From: Macrostomum lignano
Lineage: Eukaryota
Direction of reading: 5' to 3'
DNA: 64,000 nt
Assembly: GCA_002269645.1 (NCBI GenBank)
Contig: NIVC01000882.1
Location: forward strand, 310,001-374,000
Positions 1-16,576 of the stretch are shown here, piece by piece. Every line of letters begins with the position of its first letter. Positions within the stretch are counted from its first letter, which is position 1. The notes below the pieces were generated by a model. It did no database searches. It had not been told where the DNA came from and saw only the letters and a program-made list of their open reading frames with translations. Both the position numbers and the translations under genes were made by a program.

Positions 1-225
1 CACAATAATATACATGTAGGGTAACAGATTGCGCTGAGACCACGAATGCTTCGCAATAATTTATAAACTATCATCTACATCCACGTTATATTGTTTAAAG
101 AGGTTTCTGCAAGTTTACAGCCATCAATAGAAGCCTGGGTGGGTAGAAAAGAATTGAGATATCAAGCTAGAGCAAAGAGAACAGAGTTAATAGGGCACAA
201 AGAGCAGCGACCAGAGCACAAAGCA

Positions 226-908
226 CAGAGACCAGAGCACAGAGACCAGAGCACAGAGACCAGAGCACAGAGACCAGAGCACAGAGACCAGAGCACAGAG
301 ACCAGAGCACAGAGACCAGAACACAGAGACCAGAGCACAGAGACCAGAGCACAGAGACCAGAGCACAGAGACCAGAGCACAGAGACCAGAGCACAGAGAC
401 CAGAGCACAGAGACCAGAGCACAGAGACCAGAGCACAGAGACCAGAGCACAGAGACCAGAGCACAGAGACCAGAGCACAGAGACCAGAGCACAGAGACCA
501 GAGCACAGAGACCAGAGCACAGAGACCAGAGCACAGAGACCAGAGCACAGAGACCAAAGCACAGAGACCAAAGCACAGAGACCAGAGCACAGAGACCAGA
601 GCACAGAGACCAGAGCACAGAGACCAGAGCACAGAGACCAGAGCACAGAGACCAGAGCACAGAGACCAGAGCACAGAGACCAGAGCACAGAGACCAGAGC
701 ACAGAGACCAGAGCACAGAGACCAGAGCACAGAGACCAGAGCACAGAGACCAGAGCACAGAGACCAGAGCACAGAGACCAGAGCACAGAGACCAGAGCAC
801 AGAGACCAGAGCACAGAGACCAGAGCACAGAGACCAGAGCACAGAGACCAGAGCACAGAGACCAGAGCACAGAGACCAGAGCACAGAGCACGGAGACCAG
901 AGCACAGA
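226..908. repeat. 14-bp minisatellite (GCACAGAGACCAGA)n
   Basis: Direct tandem copies visible; explains ORFs 91..978, 162..905, 167..1204 and 187..1098. Confidence 0.97.
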
Positions 909-2223
909 GAAGAAGGACTATAACAGTGTGGCAGTCGCAGCATACGAACAAACCAAGCGGAATCAGAGTTGCTATTAGAGTGCAGAGGTTCAAAAGAACA
1001 TTGCGCAACCCAATTAGAGATGAGAAATAGGTCGAGCGAAGCCACCCAAAATTTCGCTGGAACTCCCCCCCCCACAAAGTCTGCGTAGCCGCATGCAATC
1101 AGTGCGGGTGGCTTGAAGCTATTTTGCATATCTGTTTCCGTCAACAAGGCCAGCAGCTTCAAAGCAGGGCTTCCCATCGTGCGGGCGCAAGTCGCAATAT
1201 CCATACTGGTCTTTTGTCTTCTTCCTGTTAATTTATTTTCCTCTGACCCCTCGCATGGTAGCTGGAATTCATAATCTTCTCCTGGACAGGAAAAGGACTG
1301 CGGAATCCCAAGCTTTGATTAGTGGCCAAGGATTTAAACAAACCCCAGCGCATGAACCCGTGGGCTTCTCACTGCGGGAGATGGCGGTACTGCAGGGAAG
1401 GGAGTGGCGATGGAACCGGGGTTATTAGACCCAGACATTTTGATTGGGAATGTTTTAATGCTCTTTTTGCAACAGAAATGACTGGAACAATGACAAAGTG
1501 CGCACACCCCGGTGCTCTTAGCAAGTGGTGCTCATGGGGAAAACTCTCAGCAATATTGTGAGCATAGCACACACACACAGACAGAGAAAGAACTCTAATT
1601 ACAAATACATAGGGAAAACATTGAAAGCACTTGGACTGCAAAGAGAATTGGGAAGGGAGTGGAGAGATAGCTAGAGAGAGAGAGAGAGAGCGCTGCGAGA
1701 GCAAGAAGCTTGAGCAACTGAAGCCACTCACAGAGACGAAAAAGTTGCCTGCATACACGACACGGCGCGGAGCAAAGAGTGAAGCTGAAGCTATGTAGAA
1801 GCTGAAAGAGTTGCAGCTTAAGCTACTATCAGGCCATGAGTGGAGTCGGTGTGTGAGTGCGTGAGTGCGGCCGCGACACGGTTTTGCCGGGGAGATGGAG
1901 GAGCGTGAGTGAAGGAGCAAGAGGTGGAGGCGCAGACAGGACTAATGGTGTTTAGCCGCGCTAGAAGCCTCAAGTGTAGCATCTGGAGTTCATTCTCTTT
2001 CCTGCAGCAGTTTCATATTAGCCCAGACAGACAAAGCGCCCGCCGACTACAAAGGGCGAGGAAAGGCTGGCTGTATGGGCGGCGAAGTTTGTTCCTTTAG
2101 AGCGGTTTGTCCCAGAATCCTATGAATTCCGGAAGTCTGTGTACTTTTTTAGGCTTGAGATGTTTGTTACCAAATAGCAAGGGTCATCATTCAAATGACT
2201 ATCCCCTTCTTAAAAGGTCTCAC

Positions 2224-3358
2224 CGATTGGTACGAACAGGGACCTGGCCAGGAAGGGAAAGGACAGCAGGAAGATGGTGTGCCCCACGTCAGTCTTGTAC
2301 ATCTGGTGATAGTAGCTCTGCATGCACACCGAGCTGATCTGGAATGTCCAGTCGTCCGCCGCGTAGGTGAAGAATATGGCGTACACCTGTCGCGACTTGA
2401 AGATCTCCTTCCAGGGTATGCGAAGCCTGCGGTGAGCAAACAGCACCTTCTTGGTGATGCTGGACTCCAGGTACAGTCGTTCCTGCTTGCCGAGATTCTT
2501 GTCCTTCAACGGTTTCTCGTCGATCAGGCGCCACCAGAAGATGCACCAGATCAGGCCGATGTTGGCGTAGATGTAGAATACCACCGCCCAGCCCCAGTGG
2601 TTCTCGATCTCCTGGCACACGGGCAGGCCGATCAGCGGGCCGAGGGACACCCCGATGACGGCGAAGCACAGCAGGGAGGAGCGCTCGCCCTCCGGGCCCC
2701 AGAAGCGCATCACTCCAAACACAGCGGGGATGAGGCAGCCCTCCGCCAGACCCTGCAGCAGCCGGAGCACCACAATCACCGTGATTGAAGCGGAGATGTC
2801 GGCCGTAATCTGCGTCACCAGCGGCAGGAACAGGTTGAGTCCGCAGGTGAGCGCCACGGAGCAGCCCAGCAGCAGGGAGCTGTCGTGGTGCACAGTCAGG
2901 TAGCCCCCGAGCGGGCTGGCCACCAGGTAACCAATAAACACCGAGTTCTCAATCAGATCGTTGGCCGTGTTCTGCCAGGGCATCTTGCGATGCGTCATCG
3001 GCTGGAAGATGCTGCCGCTGCTGCCACTGCTGCCGGAACGAGTTGTCGCTGCAATCGTGGTGTTGAGGTTCGCCTTGCGGTTCAGGTAGTCCATGATGGC
3101 CACCATCTCGGCGCGCATGCCGATCACCACGGTGAGGCCGAGCGAACACAGCAGGGCGATCAGGTAGCGCTTGCGGCCCGGCCCGCAGCAGCAGAACACC
3201 GGGTCTCGGCGGTTGCGGCGGCCGCGGACAACACCCCCGTCGTTGCTGCCTCTGCCGCAATCGTCTCCGTCTCTGGCGCCGCCGGCGTAGCTGCCGTCGA
3301 CCTGCGGATTTTCGCCGTAGAACAGAAGCGAAGCGGAGGGCGAGACCGGTCCCGCCAT
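2224..3358 (-). CDS. SLC17 family MFS organic anion transporter, VGLUT/EAT-4-like; large first coding exon (TM1 to TM8), remaining exons not found in window
   Basis: ORF 2210..3418 carries VGLUT-like motifs: KRYLIALLCSLG..GMR, SVFIGYLVASPLGG, RLLQGLAEG..P......WGPEGERS, W..VFY.Y...G..W, PW..IFKS..VYAI....WTF. Likely ATG at 3358 (MAGPVS); GTGAGA donor after 2224. Confidence 0.88.
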
Positions 3359-3970
3359 GCCTCGCTGGTGGCTTTCCGCCGAAGTCTCGTGAGCTGATGT
3401 ACTTTTCAGTTTGAGCACTCTGTTCCCTTAGCCAGATTTTTTTGCGAGCGCATCTAGCAAGGTTTTGAGCACTCAGCACGGCTGTTCTCAGCTTGGCTGA
3501 CAATGCTGGCGCCCGAGACGTCGCTGATGAAGGCTGGCGGGAGGCTGATTCGCGACCCTCCAGCTGAGCCAATTGGCAGCGCACTAAGCCAGTCTTCAAT
3601 GAAGGGGAGAGGGAACTCCGGGAGCGGGGATTAAAATAGGCGGAGGTGGGGCAGGCCGGGCCCGGGGAAGGGAAAGTCTCAGCCTCCAGCAGGACTCTTT
3701 GTCGCCAACCCCAGCCCGATCCGAAAAGCTGCATTCACAACTGCAGCAGCCGAAGCGAAATCCGTGCGGCAGAGAGGGAGAGGGAAGGCGGGGGAGACAG
3801 AGGCAGCGGAGACATCTGGGCAGCCGGCAGGTTAATTTCCGCTCCGACGCCGTCGCTAGCTGTGGCTCAGCGCCTCCTGGACTTCAGACACTTCGCGCCC
3901 GCTGTCTTCGGCTCAGCCTGCCGGATTCGGCCTTCCGATTCTGCCGTGGGGATAGAATTCAAAGCGAGCT

Positions 3971-3977
<7 letters not shown>

Positions 3978-4040
<63 letters not shown>
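3978..4040. repeat. (CT)n microsatellite
   Basis: Direct inspection. Confidence 0.95.
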
Positions 4041-4043
<3 letters not shown>

Positions 4044-4693
4044 ACTGCAGTCCCTCATCCTCCGTATCATCTTGTCCCGGCCATATTGCCATGTCACCAA
4101 GGGAGGCAAAATAAAATTTTACTGAAAGTCAAGCTTAAGTGCGGCCGCTAAAGCTGCTGTCTTTCCTGTCACAGAAATCCCCGGATTATCCTTCCCGCAC
4201 TGACTGACTCGTCTCTATGCCTTTCTGTATTTGCTCCCCTCTCAGTGGGGAAGATTATCCCACTGGATGCCGAATCCTCTGGTTGGGGATAAAGGAGCTA
4301 TAAAGCACAGCTGTTTGGTTATCTTCATCCCACCTGCTCTGCAAAGGGATAAAAGACAATAAAGACTAGAGAGGGCAGTAAGCTGTGGGGGTGGGGGTTG
4401 CCTGACCGGCCTCAGCTCGGCGCAAAGAGGCCCGGCTCTGCCTACCCACCTGCCTTCCTACCTGGCAATTAGTTACTATCGCCGGCAGTCGATAATTCTG
4501 CGTGATTGATCGGTTCGTATTTGTCCACTCTGCCCCTCAGCCTCTTCCCCTCTGGCATGCTCAACGAGTGAGAATTGCTCTGAGGAGGCGGCCTGGGCTC
4601 AGTGCTGGAGTTCTGGCAGCAAATAGATTTCTAGACAAGAAAGCACGCTTCGACTGTCTCGCGCGGTTTCCCTTAGACGGTCTGTGTTCCTAC

Positions 4694-5538
<845 letters not shown>

Positions 5539-6910
5539 ACACCGACAAGCCATGCAAGAGCTTGCAGCCCAGTTGGATCAAGCAGCTACATGCAGTACAT
5601 GCATAATACAACACAGAGGTGCCAGGTCGCAGACAGCTCGCACACGCATTGCACGCATACAAATTCATTCTCTGAAGCGATAGGCCTGCCGAACGAATGC
5701 AAAGTCCCGGTTCAGCTCGCTGGACAGAGCAGAACAGAAAACTTTCCTCTCGTCCGTCTCTGATTTTTTGCTTTCCCGCAGAACAAGAATGCAGAGCTGA
5801 GCTGATAGAGTCGCACGCAATCGTGCAGTCGAGTTCGAGCTGAGAAAAATTCACTATTACGCCTCGCTTATCGGCCCCTCGAAATTAGGGCCAAGTTGCG
5901 GTGCTGCTATCTAGTTGCTACAGCTATACTTTAAGGTAAATAACGCACGCACACAAATGCCATAAGAGTATCGCAGCAAACAAGGAAACGGCTAAACAGT
6001 GCAAATTTCAGCAATTAGTGATCCGCCTCATCAGGTGAGTCTTTCGATGAGTTTGCAAGCAGGCACTGCAGGGCTATTCGTTTCAGATTTTTCCAACGAA
6101 CAGTCAGGGACTGCGTTTCTAAGAAAATGTTTATGAGGCTGATTTTCGCCGAAAAATACACTACGGAGATTGGAAGTTTTTATTTTTTAAGCACAAAAAA
6201 TGTTATTGCTTTTGATAGAAGACAAACCAAATGTTCATCTTTTGATATGTTGTGCCTTTCTTATAGCTCTTTCAATATTTACAAAGCTTTTCGTTCAGAA
6301 AATTAGGATTCTATGTTAATTTGTATTCTCCGTACAATTACACACGTCCTAAGAGGAAAATTACTAAGAGGAAAAACCAATAAAATGGCACGGCTCATTG
6401 GTTTTATGACCCTATTTTTTACTCTTAGCTGACTGTGCAACAATGTGTTTCAGAGATGATAAGGTATGTTGACCTCATTGACCTCCCCTGGATTCCCCGT
6501 CAACTTTTTCACCCACTTTTCCTAAAGTAAGGATTTAGGAAAGGATAAGGATAAGGATTTTCCTAAAATAAATAAAATTATTTGTGACTACAAAACCGAG
6601 GTTTCCCTGGGGAACTCATAAATTAACTATCGAGAATTTATATTCTTTTGGCTGGTTCTCAATTCTTCAGCTTTCAATCTGCCGTAATCCTGGTGACACT
6701 GAAGAATAGCGCCAGACCCACCTGGTTCCTGATTAAAATCAATCACTAGGCGCTGCTGTACTTCTCTTTTTCATGGAGAAACTATCGAATTGTTAACCAA
6801 TTTATTCTCTGCAGTCCACTTGCCTCCAGACGAAATCTGTTGCTAACTATTGAAAGCCTTCAACTCAGACAGTGCGCCTTTGGTGACGTTAAGGCGACCA
6901 AGCTTCTAGA

Positions 6911-9334
<2,424 letters not shown>

Positions 9335-9545
9335 GTGAGTAGCATAGCGCGAGAATCAGTACCGGACATATTCAGCATGAATTTTATGACATTTTCTAAC
9401 AAAAATACTGACCTGCATGAGCAGCACCAGAAACATGTGAACTGCAGGCAATCAGTATTGAGGTTAACTTCAGTATTGGTCGAATTTTAAATTCCCAAGT
9501 GATTTGCATGTTACTAATTGTTTCAAACTACCTGCCTGTCTAGAC

Positions 9546-9791
9546 CAGGGCTTGGAAAACCTTTTTAATTCAAGTGTCAGATAAAGAATCCAGCTCATGG
9601 CTGCGGTCCAGATGAGAGAGGAAAGGAGAGGGAATAGAGGAGAGATAAGAGGGGAAGACTAGACAGGAGATTAGAGGATATATGAGACGCGGAGAGAAGA
9701 GACCTGAGAAGAGACGCAAACCTTGAGCGAACCGGATTGCTATTGTGAAGTTTCACGGGACCCGAGGACCGGATTTTACCGACCCCCACTG
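9546..9791. mobile_element. hAT (Charlie-like) non-autonomous element / MITE
   Basis: Ends CAGGG.../...CACTG; 8-bp TSD GTCTAGAC / GTCTAAAC matching the NTCTAGAN target preference; 9720-9790 is an inverted relative of 53395-53445. Confidence 0.55.
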
Positions 9792-11242
9792 GTCTAAACA
9801 ATCACTGAACTGCCCTCTATAGATGCTACTTGAGTGAGTAATACTTTGGAAACTACCTAATATGTTTCTGCTTTCTGCGTTAGTTGCAAAATCTTCGCTT
9901 TGAGTGCGGCATAGTGTAGTGTAGGTACCTAAACAAGTTTCTAACTTCATATTTCTGTGCAAAATTCTCTAACTTCGTACATTAGTATCGAGAGTTTGAA
10001 ACGGTTTAAACAACGTATTAACAAACAACCGCCAACTGAATAAAAAAGCAGACAGAAGAAATATTGCGAATCTCGTTCATGTACGCTTGCACCTCTTACC
10101 TCTAAGCCTCACCTTGCTGCGGGGTGTGTGTGTGCCACGAATACTTCGCCATACGGTATGTGGAGGTTATACCTGAATGCAAATGCAAGGAATGAATACA
10201 AACAATCGTGCAATGCATTCGCTATCGCATGGCGTGAGAGTTGTGCAATGTCAGAGGCAGCCAGTGCTTGTGTGCGTGCGCAAAATGTCTGTCAGCCCCA
10301 GAGGGCGTCCTCTCTACCTCAGCCGACCAGCCCCCACGCTATCGGGTCTTGACTGCGTGCAGCCGCCGCCAACCACCGCATTCGAAAGAGTGCGAACAGG
10401 GCCCTAGTTATGTACAGCGTGCGGAAAGACCTCTGACCACCCACCCCACCACCCGAGCACCCCAAAGCCTTTGCTAGCTGGAAGCGCGCTTGTAAAAACT
10501 GGTCAACGCTAAGAGGCAGAGGCCGGCTACCTTAGTCTTCTAATTTCTGCTTTTAGATACATTTCTTAGCCGGCTTTGCCACCATAGTTTTGTCTGACAA
10601 ATTTCCAAGTTTTTCAAGCGAGCTTGGTTAACTGCCTGTGCAGAAAGTCGAGCTTCTTATTACTGGGAAGATTTTCATCTATAGCTGAGCAATGAAAAAA
10701 GCCCTAGCAAATCTTGCCCTGGGCTGCGTTGGGGCGCATGGAAGTGCTCAAAAAGAGAAAGAGTTGGCCGATAGATCCAGCCAGCCGATAGCCAAGCCAG
10801 ATTGTAGCGCTGAGGATCTGGTAGCTGAAGGTAAGGTGACCCCCAAAACGTATCTGAAGCATTGAAACGCACATTGAAATGGCATCCGATTTAAAACTTT
10901 TACTTTTATCATTTTTAGCCGGAAATGACAGCGTGCAGTCTATTAATGGGTGAGTGACGAATCTATACGTGTACATTTACATTATAGCTCGTGTAGTCAT
11001 TGGTGAATGAATGCTCCTCTGTGATGGACCCGCAGCAGCGCTAGCCGCACGAGCAGCACGTCGGATGTCACCCGGACAGAACGAGCTGAGATTTTTCTCA
11101 GGGTAAGATTTTACAGATGCATTAGATAGAGCAGCAGGCAGGACATTGAAAGCCAGTGTCAGATCTGGAGATTCTCGATAGAGGGTTGGGAGGTGACAAA
11201 GTCTTGGGCCAGTCGAAGGACCAACGCTCGTATTGGTAGCTT

Positions 11243-14200
11243 CCTAGCTCCATCGGATGAACCTGAGGGTAGCTCCATCGGATGAATCTGAGGGTAGCTC
11301 CATCGGATGAACCTGAGGGTAGCTCCATCGGATGAATCTGAGGGTAGCTCCATCGGATGAATCTGAGGTTAGCTCCATCGGATGAACCTGAGGGTAGCTC
11401 CATCGGATGAACCTGAGGTTAGCTCCATCGGATGAATCTGAGGGTAGCTCCATCGGATGAATCTGAGGTTAGCTCCATCGGATGAATCTGAGGGTAGCTC
11501 CATCGGATGAACCTGAGGGTAGCTCCATCGGATGAACCTGAGGGTAGCTCCATCGGATGAACCTGAGGGTAGCTCCATCGGATGAACCTGAGGGTAGCTC
11601 CATCGGATGAATCTGAGGGTAGCTCCATCGGATGAATCTGAGGTTAGCTCCATCGGATGAATCTGAGGTTAGCTCCATCGGATGAATCTGAGGGTAGCTC
11701 CATTGGATGAATCTGTGAGTTGCTCCATCGGATGAACCTGAGGGTAGCTCCATCGGATGAACCTGAGGGTAGCTCCATCGGATGAATCTGAGGTTAGCTC
11801 CATCGGATGAACCTGAGGGTAGCTCCATCGGATGAATCTGAGGGTAGCTCCATCGGATGAACCTGAGGGTAGCTCCATCGGATGAACCTGAGGGTAGCTC
11901 CATCGGATGAACCTGAGGGTAGCTCCATCGGATGAACCTGAGGGTAGCTCCATCGGATGAATCTGAGGGTAGCTCCATCGGATGAATCTGAGGGTAGCTC
12001 CATAGGATGAACCCGAGGGTAGCTCCATCGGATGAATCTGAGGGTAGCTCCATCGGATGAACCTGAGGGTAGCTCCATCGGATGAATCTGAGGGTAGCTC
12101 CATCGGATGAACCTGAGGTTAGCTCCATCGGATGAACCTGAGGGTAGCTCCATCGGATGAACCTGAGGGTAGCTCCATCGGATGAACCTGAGGGTAGCTC
12201 CATCGGATGAACCTGAGGGTAGCTCCATCGGATGAATCTGAGGGTAGCTCCATCGGATGAATCTGAGGGTAGCTCCATCGGATGAATATGAGGATAGCTC
12301 CATCGGATGAATCTGAGGGTAGCTCCATCGGATGAACCTGAGGGTAGCTCCATCGGATGAATCTGAGGGTAGCTCCATCGGATGAACCTGAGGGTAGCTC
12401 CATCGGATGAACCTGAGGGTAGCTCCATCGGATGAACCTGAGGGTAGCTCCATCGGATGAACCCGAGGGTAGCTCCATCGGATGAACCTGAGGGTAGCTC
12501 CATCGGATGAACCTGAGGGTAGCTCCATCGGATGAACCTGAGGTTAGCTCCATCGGATGAACCTGAGGTTAGCTCCATCGGATGAATCTGAGGGTAGCTC
12601 CATCGGATGAATCTGAGGGTAGCTCCATCGGATGAACCTGAGGGTAGCTCCATCGGATGAACCTGAGGGTAGCTCCATCGGATGAACCTGAGGGTAGCTC
12701 CATTGGATGAATCTGTGAGTTGCTCCATCGGATGAACCTGAGGGTAGCTCCATCGGATGAACCTGAGGTTAGCTCCATCGGATGAATCTGAGGGTAGCTC
12801 CATCGGATGAATCTGAGGGTAGCTCCATCGGATGAATCTGAGGGTAGCTCCATCGGATGAATCTGAGGTTAGCTCCATCGGATGAATCTGAGGGTAGCTC
12901 CATTGGATGAATCTGTGAGTTGCTCCATCGGATGAACCTGAGGGTAGCTCCATCGGATGAACCTGAGGGTAGCTCCATCGGATGAATCTGAGGGTAGCTC
13001 CATCGGATGAACCTGAGGGTAGCTCCATCGGATGAACCTGAGGGTAGCTCCATCGGATGAACCTGAGGGTAGCTCCATCGGATGAACCTGAGGGTAGCTC
13101 CATCGGATGAACCTGAGGGTAGCTCCATCGGATGAACCTGAGGGTAGCTCCATCGGATGAACCTGAGGGTAGCTCCATCGGATGAACCTGAGGGTAGCTC
13201 CATCGAATGAATCTGAGGGTAGCTCCATCGGATGAACCTGAGGGTAGCTCCATCGGATGAACCTGAGGGTAGCTCCATCGGATGAACCTGAGGGTAGCTC
13301 CATCGGATGAACCTGAGGGTAGCTCCATCGGATGAACCCGAGGGTAGCTCCATCGGATGAACCCGAGGGTAGCTCCATCGGATGAATCTGAGGGTAGCTC
13401 CATCGGATGAATCTGAGGGTAGCTCCATCGGATGAACCTGAGGGTAGCTCCATCGGATGAACCTGAGGGTAGCTCCATCGGATGAATCTGAGGGTAGCTC
13501 CATCGGATGAATCTGAGGGTAGCTCCATCGGATGAATCTGAGGGTAGCTCCATCGGATGAACCTGAGGTTAGCTCCATCGGATGAATCTGAGGGTAGCTC
13601 CATCGGATGAACCTGAGGGTAGCTCCATCGGATGAACCTGAGGGTAGCTCCATCGGATGAACCTGAGGGTAGCTCCATCGGATGAATCTGAGGGTAGCTC
13701 CATCGGATGAATCTGAGGTTAGCTCCATCGGATGAATCTGAGGGTAGCTCCATCGGATGAATCTGAGGGTAGCTCCATCGGATGAATCTGAGGGTAGCTC
13801 CATCGGATGAATATGAGGATAGCTCCATCGAGGGACCTGTGGGTAGCTCCATCGAGGGACCTGTGGGTAGCTCCATCGAATGACCTGAGGGTAGCTCCAT
13901 CGGATGAACCGAGGGTAGCTCCATCGGATGAACCTGAGGGTAGCTCCATCGGATGAATCTGAGGGTAGCTCCATCGGATGAATCTGAGGGTAGCTCCATC
14001 GGATGAACCTGAGGGTAGCTCCATCGGATGAATCTGAGGGTAGCTCCATCGGATGAATCTGAGGGTAGCTCCATCGGATGAATCTGAGGGTAGCTCCATC
14101 GGATGAACCTGAGGTTAGCTCCATCGGATGAACCTGAGGGTAGCTCCATCGGATGAACCTGAGGGTAGCTCCATCGGATGAACCTGAGGGTAGCTCCATC

Positions 14201-14690
14201 GGATGAACCTGAGGGTAGCTCCATCGGATGAATCTGAGGGTAGCTCCATCGGATGAATCTGAGGTTAGCTCCATCGGATGAATCTGAGGGTAGCTCCATC
14301 GGATGAATCTGAGGGTAGCTCCATCGGATGAATCTGAGGGTAGCTCCATCGGATGAATATGAGGATAGCTCCATCGAGGGACCTGTGGGTAGCTCCATCG
14401 AGGGACCTGTGGGTAGCTCCATCGAATGACCTGAGGGTAGCTCCATCGAATGACCTGTGGGTAGCTCCATCGAATGACCTGTGGGTAGCTCCATCGAATG
14501 ACCTGTGGGTAGCTCCATCGAATGACCTGTGGGTAGCTCCATTGAATGACCTTTGGGTAGCTCCATCGAATGACCTGTGGGTAGCTCCATCGAGGGACCT
14601 GTGGGTAGCTCCATCGAATGACCTGTGGGTAGCTCCATCGAATGAACTGTGGGTAGCTCCATCGAATGACCTGTTGGTAGTACCATTCCA
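11243..14690. repeat. 25-bp minisatellite (AGGGTAGCTCCATCGGATGAAYCTG)n, about 3.4 kb, grading into 24-bp variants at the right end; intronic in the RhoGEF
   Basis: Direct tandem copies with no unique spacers; source of the MELPSGSSDG/RFIRWSYPQ ORFs. Confidence 0.98.
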
Positions 14691-15734
14691 GTCTTGTGAA
14701 TATTTCCAGGGTTAGCCACTGAGAGTTTTTGGTATTTAACTGAAATTCCAAGTCATTATTTAGAATCGAATAAGAATTAAAGTGCATTGCAATCCTACGA
14801 AGTTGAGTTAGTTTGTTAAGCTACGAGCGTGCGTGAAACTCGTGGTCTAGCAGTGCGCTATCTATCCAGCTACATTTTACCAGCAACTAGACATGTGGCA
14901 AGTCTACAGTACGCTTTCAGTTGCAATCTAAAAGCTAGACAGAAGTGTGGGAGAGCAAGGTTCATCATATTTTGTGCTTGCTCTAGAATCGTTTCTCTTT
15001 ATTTTTTACTGTGCTAAGCAAATTTTTTTGCAATCTATTAAGTAATGTAGGAGGTTCTCTCCTGCACTGTTTCTTATGCGCGAAGCAATTTAATTCACTG
15101 TACAGATCTGCCTTGCTAATATTACAGACGAACTGGTTCTGTGCCCCTAGAAATTAGCGACTTCCTCCATTGCCCCCAGTGCGACTTTCTCTCGAGCAGT
15201 GCGCAATTCCTAGTTGCGAATCTGGCTAATGACCCGAGTGCTCGACTATTGTAACACGATATAAAAGTGTAAAAGCGTGCATTAAACGCTAAAAGCGTGC
15301 TTAAATGGCTCGTGATCGTGTATTGGCTGGAGTCATTTAATGCACGAGAAATATAAATCGTGTTACAATACTACTCAAAACTTGGTTTTTCTTGCTAAAA
15401 GTCTATGGCACTCAATAACCAAGTATATGAATCCGATATTGCTTTCTGCTTTTTGCAGCTTTATAGAAATTGGTAACCAGCAATCCTCGCCCACCTTTTT
15501 TGGAGGCAAGAAAGAAAGAAAAAAATTAATAAACTACATGTCCAGTCACCTTGTACAGTCACCACTTGATTTTTTAAGGAAATGGTGTCTGAAGTAAGAA
15601 AGCAATCCGATCTGAAAGAGCTATCTAGACTACGGTAGCAGCATCCCCTGTGAGCTTTGGCTCAAAGGATCTGAGTAACCCCTATGAGCCACAGCATTTC
15701 AGAATTCTTGACTTTTCAGCAATCCCCTCATGAG

Positions 15735-16350
15735 ACTTGACATCTCAGCAATCCCCCATCAGCCTTGACATCTCAGCAATCCCCCCATAAGCCTTGACAT
15801 CTCAGCAATCCCCCATCAGCCTTGACATCTCAGCAATCCCCCCCATAAGCCTTGACATCTCAGCAATCCCCCATCAGCCTTGACATCTCAGCAATCCCCC
15901 ATCAGCCTTGACATCTCAGCAATCCCCCATCAGCCTTGACATCTCAGCAATCCCCCCATAAGCCTTGACATCTCAGCAATCCCCCATCAGCCTTGACATC
16001 TCAGCAATCCCCCCATAAGCCTTGACATCTCAGCAATCCCCCCATAAGCCTTGACAACTCAGCAATCCCCCCATAAGCCTTGACATCTCAGCAATCCCCC
16101 ATCAGCCTTGACATCTCAGCAATCCCCCATAAGCCTTGACATCTCAGTAATCCCCCATCAGCCTTGACATCTCAGCAATCCCCCCATAAGCCTTGACATC
16201 TCAGCAATCCCCCATCAGCCTTGACATCTCAGCAATCTCCCCGTTAGCCTAGGCATCTCAGTGATTCCCCCATCAGCTCAGCCTTGGTGTCTCAGCAATT
16301 CCCCCATAAGCCTTGGCGTCTCAGCAATTCCCCCATAAGCCCTGACATCT
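15735..16350. repeat. 28-30-bp minisatellite (AGCCTTGACATCTCAGCAATCCCCCATC/AA)n
   Basis: Direct inspection. Confidence 0.95.
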
Positions 16351-16576
16351 TAGTAATTTTCTCAAAGAGTCACAGTATAGCAATTCTCTCCGAGCCTTGA
16401 CAACTTAGCAAATCCCAAATGAATCTGTCACAATATGTTCGACATTACGCTTCTTAGCATTTGTTATTATTCTGCAGAATTTGAATTTTTTGAGTGGCAC
16501 AAGAGCATACTGTCAAAGGAGTTGATGCTCCGTGTTCCTATCTACATGTACATCTGTCATTGCTTCTGTCTTATAG

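Noticed and set aside
91-1204. ORFs of 247-345 aa at the window start
   Set aside because: They come from the 14-bp minisatellite; the flanks show no homology to the missing SLC17 C-terminus.
11036-11102. Additional RhoGEF exon ending at a GTAAG donor
   Set aside because: The donor looks real, but I could not find an acceptor phase that links it to both 9334 and 16577.
11243-14690. CRISPR-like array (25-bp partly palindromic repeat)
   Set aside because: Units are head-to-tail with no unique spacers, there are no cas genes, and the context is a eukaryotic intron.
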